Shown piece by piece: positions 7,058 to 13,235 of a stretch of 16,186 bases of DNA (position 1 is its first letter; every line of letters starts with the position of its first letter). Below the pieces are notes generated by a model that made no database searches, was not told the origin of the DNA, and worked only from the letters and a program-made list of their open reading frames with translations. A program made the position numbers and the translations under genes. This DNA is from Promethearchaeota archaeon (GTDB lineage: Archaea > Asgardarchaeota > Lokiarchaeia > Sigyniarchaeales > SOKP01), in NCBI GenBank assembly GCA_018238625.1, contig JABCSY010000095.1, positions 1 through 16,186 of the forward strand. Reading direction: 5' to 3'.

Positions 7058-8875
7058 ATGTATATTGGGAAAACTCAGAAAGGCTGGAAAGAACTATATG
7101 AGGAGATAATTCAAACGGGAAAGTGCGTATACTGTGGAGCTTGTGGGGCGTTTTGTGCTAGCATTCAATTTGATAAAGAAAAAGAAATCCCAATAGAAGA
7201 TGGATCTTGTAAAGACATGAATACTTGTAGAGATGGTTTCGGACTTTGTTATAATCTCTGTCCAAAAACAGAGATTGAGAAGATTCCTCTGTCATTATTA
7301 GATAAATGGGTTTTTGGTAAAGAACACGATAAAATTTTGGGTCACTATATTGAAATAGTTTCTGTAAAATTAACAAATAAAGCACATAAAAAGATCCCAG
7401 CTGAAGCAGGACCTTTAACAGGATTACTATGGGTTGCTATGGAGAATGGTCTCATCGACGCATCGATTATTACTGATAAAGATGAGAACTTCAGACCTTT
7501 TCCAATAATTGCTCAGAATCAACAAGATTTACTTAAAGGAGCTGGGTATAAACCAAGTCAAGGTCCAATTCTTTCGCTTCTAGGCGATGCCATCAATAAG
7601 GAGTATAAAGATATCGCGGTAGTAGGCACTCCATGCCAAATACAAGCTTTGAGAAAATTACAAAACCATCCTGCTTTCGATTACGAAGCTTACGATCTAG
7701 TAACGTTAGCCATTGGAACCTTTTGTTTTGGAACTTATTACAACCAATTATTGAAAATGGCGTTTGAGGAATTTAACATCAACCTGAGCGAGGTTGATAA
7801 AATTGATACTGATAAAGATAATTTTAAAATGAAAGTAAGCATTGATTCAACAGTCAAAGAAATACCCCTTAATTATTTATACGATAAAGCGATTAGAGCC
7901 GCTTGTTTTTCGTGTTCCGATTATACTGCTTCGTTTGCAGATATATCTGTTGGAAAGTTTGGCAGTGAAGACGGATGGAATACTATAATTGTGCGAACTG
8001 GAAGAGGTAAAGAAGTTTTTGAGTTAGCTGTCGAACAAGGTTTCCTCGAAACAAAACCTTTAGAGCACGAAAAGGAGGAATTGATTTTAGACATTACGAG
8101 AAATAAAACCGATATAGTAAAAATTAAATCGATAACGGAGCATGCCCCCGATATCAAAAGTTTTATCGTTAGAAACCCGCGAATTGCGAGAGGCTACAAA
8201 CCCGGGATGTTTGTTGTGTTATGGCTTCCCGACATTGATTTCTTACCAATGTCCATCTCTAGCATTAATGATAATCTTATCGAAATAACAGTTCAAAAAA
8301 TTGGCGAAGGAACGTCAAAATTATTTGAATTTAGAGAAGGAGATTCTATAGGGATTAGAGGTCCTTTTGGAAACTCTTTTAGTTACGAAAACGCAAAAAA
8401 TATCCTAGTAGTTGGGGGAGGAATGGGCGTAGCAGCGTTAACTACATTAATAGAGGATCTAAGACTAAATAAAAAGAATGTATTTGTAGCGATCGGAGCG
8501 AAAGATAAGGCCTCGTTAATATTTGCCGATCGATTAATAGATCTAATTCCAAATACGATGTGTACTACGGAAGACGGGTCTGTAGGTAAGAAATGTGTTG
8601 TAACGGATTCTATTGCAGATATAATTGAAAAAGAAAATATCGATCTAATTATTACATGTGGACCAGAAATCATGATGAAACGGGTTCTCGAAATCGCAGA
8701 TTCTAAAAAAATTGAAATTCAAGCTAGTCTGGAAAGGAAAATGAAATGTGGAGTAGGATTATGTGGTTCTTGTTGTGTAGGAGAAAAGAACGATATTAGC
8801 GTGTGTAAAGATGGGCCTGTCTTTAATTCGACCCAGTTAAAGTCATTTCCTCAATTTGGAAGTTATTCTAAATAA
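7058..8875 (+). CDS. Fusion protein: ferredoxin + FrhB/FdhB (F420-binding family) + PyrK/FNR-like FAD/NAD(P)-binding [2Fe-2S] module
   Basis: aa 1-70: CVYCGACGAFC and C..CYNLCP. aa ~95-350: GLID, IAVVGTPCQ, IGTFC, CFSC.DYTA.FADISVG..GS.DGW.TIIVRT.RG (FrhB). aa ~352-605: KPGMFV.LW, GEGT, RGPFGN, VGGGMG, TEDGS.G, CGPEIMM, SLER.MKCGVGLCGSC, VCKDGPVF (PyrK-type). One uninterrupted frame, starting 1 nt after the gamma stop; RBS GGAGG at 7041-7045. Confidence 0.9.
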   Translation: MYIGKTQKGWKELYEEIIQTGKCVYCGACGAFCASIQFDKEKEIPIEDGSCKDMNTCRDGFGLCYNLCPKTEIEKIPLSLLDKWVFGKEHDKILGHYIEIVSVKLTNKAHKKIPAEAGPLTGLLWVAMENGLIDASIITDKDENFRPFPIIAQNQQDLLKGAGYKPSQGPILSLLGDAINKEYKDIAVVGTPCQIQALRKLQNHPAFDYEAYDLVTLAIGTFCFGTYYNQLLKMAFEEFNINLSEVDKIDTDKDNFKMKVSIDSTVKEIPLNYLYDKAIRAACFSCSDYTASFADISVGKFGSEDGWNTIIVRTGRGKEVFELAVEQGFLETKPLEHEKEELILDITRNKTDIVKIKSITEHAPDIKSFIVRNPRIARGYKPGMFVVLWLPDIDFLPMSISSINDNLIEITVQKIGEGTSKLFEFREGDSIGIRGPFGNSFSYENAKNILVVGGGMGVAALTTLIEDLRLNKKNVFVAIGAKDKASLIFADRLIDLIPNTMCTTEDGSVGKKCVVTDSIADIIEKENIDLIITCGPEIMMKRVLEIADSKKIEIQASLERKMKCGVGLCGSCCVGEKNDISVCKDGPVFNSTQLKSFPQFGSYSK

Positions 8876-8877
8876 TA

Positions 8878-8898
8878 TTTTCTACTTTTCTTTTGTTT
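8878..8898 (+). terminator. T-rich tract after the OFOR/FrhB operon (candidate terminator)
   Basis: TTTTCTACTTTTCTTTTGTTT immediately after the stop at 8875. Confidence 0.4.
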
Positions 8899-8976
8899 AA
8901 ATTGTTAATTACTTAAATTTTAAAAAGAGACTATTTTTTAACTAGTATCAATTAAATCTGAATTTACAAACGATAA

Positions 8977-9957
8977 ATGGAAAATTATAATTTAAAAAAA
9001 GGATTAATCTGTGGCACAATTGGTGTATTGGGGATCTCTCTTCAACCGATTATTGCCAATTCTAGACCATCTGTTATTGATCCTTACATATTTGCTGCAG
9101 TAACAGCTTTAATTATGGCTACAATCTTTTTTCCGTTGTTTGTACTTGAAAGGCACAAATTAAATTCATCTATAGATGTAGATGTAAACTCAAATGAAAA
9201 GTTATATTCCTTGTTAAACGGATGGAAAAAGAAAAACAATTTAAAGTTTCTTGTTATAATAGGAATTACCTTTTCAATCGTCCCTGTGCTATTATATGTG
9301 AGTTTTGAACTTGCAGGGGCAATAAATAGCTCGCTAACTTTAAAAAGTGAAGTTTTTTTCGCTTTATTATTTGGTTACATATTTTTAAAAGAAAAAAGGA
9401 TATCAAAAGTTCAACTTCTATTCTGTGCAACCCTATTCTTCGGAGTATATATCGCAATAACGCAGGGATCTTTTAATTTGCTTGAATTTAATATTGGAGT
9501 CCTAATCTTACTGATAGATGTTGCCTTGTTCACTCTCATCCACACTTTCACTAAATCTAGATTCGATAGAAACGAGCTCTCCCCTATTCAAGTAGTTTTT
9601 ATTCGGAGTCTATTAAGTGGAATAATCTTATTTTCTACATATTTCATTTTTTTTCCTCTAGACAAATTAAATATTGTATTCAATCCTAATTATTTCATAT
9701 ATTATCTGCTGATGGGATTTGATTACAGTGTAAGCTTATTTCTTTGGTATAAAACTTTATCTTATATACAAATAGGAAAAGCTGGCGTATTAAATTCAGT
9801 AACACCAATTATAACAGCTTTATTCTCTTGGATCATTCTGGACGATGTATTCACAACCTTCCATCTAATAGGCATGGTAATTATTATAATTTCAATTTAC
9901 ATGATTGTAAGAGAAAAAAAGTTAAAAAAAAATCTAATACTTGATGAGAAAAAGTAA
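8977..9957 (+). CDS. EamA/DMT-family transporter (paralogue 1)
   Basis: About 10 hydrophobic segments in two repeats. DMT motifs LFGYIFLKEK.I and LWYKTL......A......TPIITALFSWIILDD.FT.FH.IG. Confidence 0.9.
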   Translation: MENYNLKKGLICGTIGVLGISLQPIIANSRPSVIDPYIFAAVTALIMATIFFPLFVLERHKLNSSIDVDVNSNEKLYSLLNGWKKKNNLKFLVIIGITFSIVPVLLYVSFELAGAINSSLTLKSEVFFALLFGYIFLKEKRISKVQLLFCATLFFGVYIAITQGSFNLLEFNIGVLILLIDVALFTLIHTFTKSRFDRNELSPIQVVFIRSLLSGIILFSTYFIFFPLDKLNIVFNPNYFIYYLLMGFDYSVSLFLWYKTLSYIQIGKAGVLNSVTPIITALFSWIILDDVFTTFHLIGMVIIIISIYMIVREKKLKKNLILDEKK

Positions 9958-9958
9958 T

Positions 9959-11119
9959 TTAATCAATATTATGTAAAGGGTAAACGCCTAATTTATTAGC
10001 AGCTTCAATCATCCATTTTAAACGATCAACTGTCATGTTTGGATGAAAGTTGGCTGGAGATATCATAAATCCACCTCCCTTACCCATTGCGTTTATCGCA
10101 TTCGCCACGGCTTGTTCTACTTCCTGTTTAGTTGCATCGACTAAGATATGTTTTGTGTCAATGTTTCCAGATAAGCATATCTTATCTCCAACTTTCTTTT
10201 TAACCAAATAAGGATCAACCCAAGGAGGTTCGAGGCATTGAAGGCCATCAAAACCAGATTCGACAATAAAATCTAATTGAGAAGTAATGTCACCATCTGT
10301 GTGTAGTATATATTTCCCACCCCAATCATGTATAGCTTCTGAAACTTCTTGGTATCGTGGTAAAAGATATTTGTTGAAGTATTTTGGACTCATCATTGGA
10401 CCTCCTTTATGTGCTATGTCCCCTCCTTCAAGAAAAATCTTAGCACCACAATCGGAATAGGCTCTAAAAACTGTCAAGACGAAGTCAGTGCAAAATCGAA
10501 AACGTTCTTCAATTAATTTTGGATCGTTCTTTAAAGCGCGAGCAAAGTTATTCATTCCCATGCCTTGCCATACAGGAGGAAAGACTGATGTTAAAGCATT
10601 TTGAGCTATAATACAAATATCGTCTTTGATATCTTTACACTTTCTTAGGACTCCTTTATAAAATTTTTTAGCAGATTTATATTCCTCTTTCATATCTGGC
10701 TTAGGATATTTTTCCCAATCATCTCGATTTTTAATGTATCCTCCATAGTAATCAGGATAAGGGTTTCCATCAATATCTCTTATTTTATGTCTCTTTCCAA
10801 ATATATCCGTCATCTCTGTTTGACTTTCGAAGATGAATGGTATATATTGTACCCCAACTCCATCAAACCCTATTTCATGCCCCGCTCTAACTGCTTTCGA
10901 AAAGGTTGATATTTCAATATCGACAATGATAGAATTGATTTTATCAGCCCAATCATCTGGATATTGTTTTTCCATATCGGCAAATACATCAAACGCAGTT
11001 CTTTTTGGACGACCTACGATCTTATCAGCAACATTACCATCGATATTTATCGTATGTGTTGGAATTCTATCGGGTTCTTCGAGATTTAAAGCCGCCCATA
11101 TTCGTTCGAAACTATTCAT
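9959..11119 (-). CDS. Uroporphyrinogen decarboxylase / MtaA-CmuA (URO-D superfamily) protein, function unknown
   Basis: MNSFERI.AAL..EEPDRIP N-terminus, GD.A.K.GPMMSP..F....LP, ILHTDG, GFDG, K..VGDKICL.GNID and GGGFM.SP. Lacks the HemE RQAGR motif. Confidence 0.88.
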   Translation of the reverse strand: MNSFERIWAALNLEEPDRIPTHTINIDGNVADKIVGRPKRTAFDVFADMEKQYPDDWADKINSIIVDIEISTFSKAVRAGHEIGFDGVGVQYIPFIFESQTEMTDIFGKRHKIRDIDGNPYPDYYGGYIKNRDDWEKYPKPDMKEEYKSAKKFYKGVLRKCKDIKDDICIIAQNALTSVFPPVWQGMGMNNFARALKNDPKLIEERFRFCTDFVLTVFRAYSDCGAKIFLEGGDIAHKGGPMMSPKYFNKYLLPRYQEVSEAIHDWGGKYILHTDGDITSQLDFIVESGFDGLQCLEPPWVDPYLVKKKVGDKICLSGNIDTKHILVDATKQEVEQAVANAINAMGKGGGFMISPANFHPNMTVDRLKWMIEAANKLGVYPLHNID

Positions 11120-11227
11120 AATTAATATTTCAACAGAGGAATATTTAATAGTATTTTTTCTTTATATCGAGGTTTAGACTTTTTCGGTGTAAAACTTTTT
11201 AATTTTTTATAGCTTTTCTTAAATATC

Positions 11228-12172
11228 TTGAACACCAATTTAAAGAAAGGTTTAATTTTCGGGGTTATTGGGAATATTTTTGTAGGTTTTCAACCAATAA
11301 TTGCTAACAGCGCTCCAGCTGCGCTTGATGCTCATATTTTTGCCGTAATGACCTGTTTAGTAGAAGCAGTAATTTTCTTACCATTAATTCTTATAGAGAA
11401 AAAAGTGAATCTTGCTAAAAATAATAGTGCAAGTACCAATCATAGCAATTCCATGATTAAAAACTGGAGAAAAAATATTTGGCTCTTTATATTTATTGGA
11501 ATAATCTTTGGTCTCAACCAACTTCTATTTTTTGTCGGATATGAATTAGCTGGAGCTATCAATGGGTCTCTTACTCAAAAAACAACAGTCTTTTTTAGTT
11601 TGATTTTTGGATTTCTAATTTTAAAAGAGCGGATAACTAAAGTACAAATAATATTTTCAATGATTTTATTTTTTGGGTTAATCCTTGCTATTTCGCAGGG
11701 ATCATTTAGTCTCTTAATTTTTAGTTTCGATATTTTGAGTGGCGTGTTGATTATTTTATTGATTGCTTGTTTATGGATATTTGGACATTCAATTACCAAG
11801 CCGGTTTTTGCTCGAAATGAAGTTACTCCGACTCAGATGGTTTTTATTAGAAATGTTTTGAGCGGTATTATTTTATTTTCTACTTATTTTCTATTCTTTC
11901 CTTTCAAGAACATTAGCCTATTATTTGTACCGATCAACCAATTCTATTATATCTCAATGGGCGCCGCTTATGGGGCGGGATTATATTGTTGGTATAAAAC
12001 GCTCTCATATTTAGATGTTTCGAAGGCAACAATCCTTTTTTCGCCAACGCCAATTATTACTGCGATATTTGCTACGCTATTTTTAGAAGAACTATTTACA
12101 ATCTTTCATATAATAGGACTTGTTATCATTATCGTATCTATCGTTATAATTGTTAAGCAAAAAGAAAAATAA
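11228..12172 (+). CDS. EamA/DMT-family transporter (paralogue 2)
   Basis: Same architecture as 8977..9957. The TTG start is supported by N-terminal alignment with the paralogue (NLKKGLI.G.IG). No RBS is evident, so it may be leaderless. Confidence 0.9.
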   Translation: MNTNLKKGLIFGVIGNIFVGFQPIIANSAPAALDAHIFAVMTCLVEAVIFLPLILIEKKVNLAKNNSASTNHSNSMIKNWRKNIWLFIFIGIIFGLNQLLFFVGYELAGAINGSLTQKTTVFFSLIFGFLILKERITKVQIIFSMILFFGLILAISQGSFSLLIFSFDILSGVLIILLIACLWIFGHSITKPVFARNEVTPTQMVFIRNVLSGIILFSTYFLFFPFKNISLLFVPINQFYYISMGAAYGAGLYCWYKTLSYLDVSKATILFSPTPIITAIFATLFLEELFTIFHIIGLVIIIVSIVIIVKQKEK

Positions 12173-12240
12173 ATCATAAATTTTCAAACTTAATTTTCAG
12201 TAATAACAATATTGAGATCCTAAATTGGTATTTTATATAT

Positions 12241-12264
12241 TGTAATATATTCTAATATATTACA
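12241..12264. promoter_or_regulatory. Perfect 11-2-11 inverted repeat, candidate operator
   Basis: TGTAATATATT-CT-AATATATTACA in the 255-nt intergenic region upstream of the ABC ATPase. TATA-like TTTATAAA (12288-12295) and TTTATATA (12317-12324) lie downstream. Confidence 0.5.
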
Positions 12265-12427
12265 TTGTTCCTCTGTTAGAACGTCAATTTATAAAGGTAA
12301 AGCATTAGTCGTAACATTTATATATTGAAGAAATATAGTATTATATAGAAAAATATATTGATAAAAGTTAAGCTAAATCAAGATTATTGCAAAAATAATC
12401 AACTTAAAACTCAAGGAAATTTTAAAA

Positions 12428-13234
12428 ATGGAAGATAATCTAGCGATCTCTGTTCGAGATTTGAAAAAGTATTTTGGTGAGGTTAAAGCTGTTAATGGTA
12501 TCTCTTTTGACGTCCAAAAAGGAGAGGTTTTTGGTCTTTTAGGCCCAAACGGAGCTGGAAAAACAACAACAATTAAACTTCTTTTAGGACTACTTGAACC
12601 TTTAGAAGGAACTATCAGAGTTTTTGGTTTAAATCCAGAGCGTGAAGAGGTTCAAATGAAAGAGAAAGTAGGTTACGTGTCAGAAGAGCCATTTATATTT
12701 AAATCGCTCACGCCTAAAGATTTGTTTAATTTTATAGCATCTATTCGTAAGTTAGACGCAGAGGAGACCACAGAACGCGTACAAAGGTATTTAGAAAGCC
12801 TAGGCGCTGTGGAGTATTACGAACAATTGATTGCTACATTATCACACGGAAACAAGCAAAAAATGCAAATTATTGCCTCTATACTTCATGAACCAGAGCT
12901 TTTAATTTTAGACGAGCCAATAGCCGGACTTGATGCTAAATCTGTTAGGGTAGTAAAAGAGATCTTAGATATGCATATTGAGAAAGGAGGCTCCGTTCTT
13001 TTTTCTACCCATATCATGGAAATCGCAGAAGATTTGTGCGATCGTATAGCAATAATAAACAGGGGTAAGTTAGTAGGACTTGGAACTATTGACGAGCTTA
13101 GACAACAAGCAGATAAATTGGGTGCGAGTTTGGAAGAGGTTTTTCTTAGATTAACTGAACAAGATTCTTCCGTAGAAGAGATTGTTAAGAAGTTAAGGGC
13201 GTCATATAAGAAAAAAATCAAGGAGACGGCTTAA
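12428..13234 (+). CDS. ABC transporter ATP-binding protein (ABC-2/exporter type)
   Basis: Walker A GPNGAGKT, signature variant LSHGNKQK, Walker B LLILDEP, H-loop FSTH and C-terminal SLEEVFLRLT. Confidence 0.95.
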   Translation: MEDNLAISVRDLKKYFGEVKAVNGISFDVQKGEVFGLLGPNGAGKTTTIKLLLGLLEPLEGTIRVFGLNPEREEVQMKEKVGYVSEEPFIFKSLTPKDLFNFIASIRKLDAEETTERVQRYLESLGAVEYYEQLIATLSHGNKQKMQIIASILHEPELLILDEPIAGLDAKSVRVVKEILDMHIEKGGSVLFSTHIMEIAEDLCDRIAIINRGKLVGLGTIDELRQQADKLGASLEEVFLRLTEQDSSVEEIVKKLRASYKKKIKETA

Positions 13235-13235
13235 A

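Noticed and set aside
8111-8875. Calling the 605-aa protein simply pyrK (pyrimidine biosynthesis) or NfnA
   Set aside because: No pyrD or other pyr gene is in the window and the module is fused to FrhB inside an OFOR operon. The first [2Fe-2S] ligand is Cys (MKCG), not the Asp of NfnA (MVDG). A PyrK role in trans cannot be excluded.
9959-11119. hemE or mtaA assignment
   Set aside because: The diagnostic RQAGR and H-x-C...C motifs are absent.
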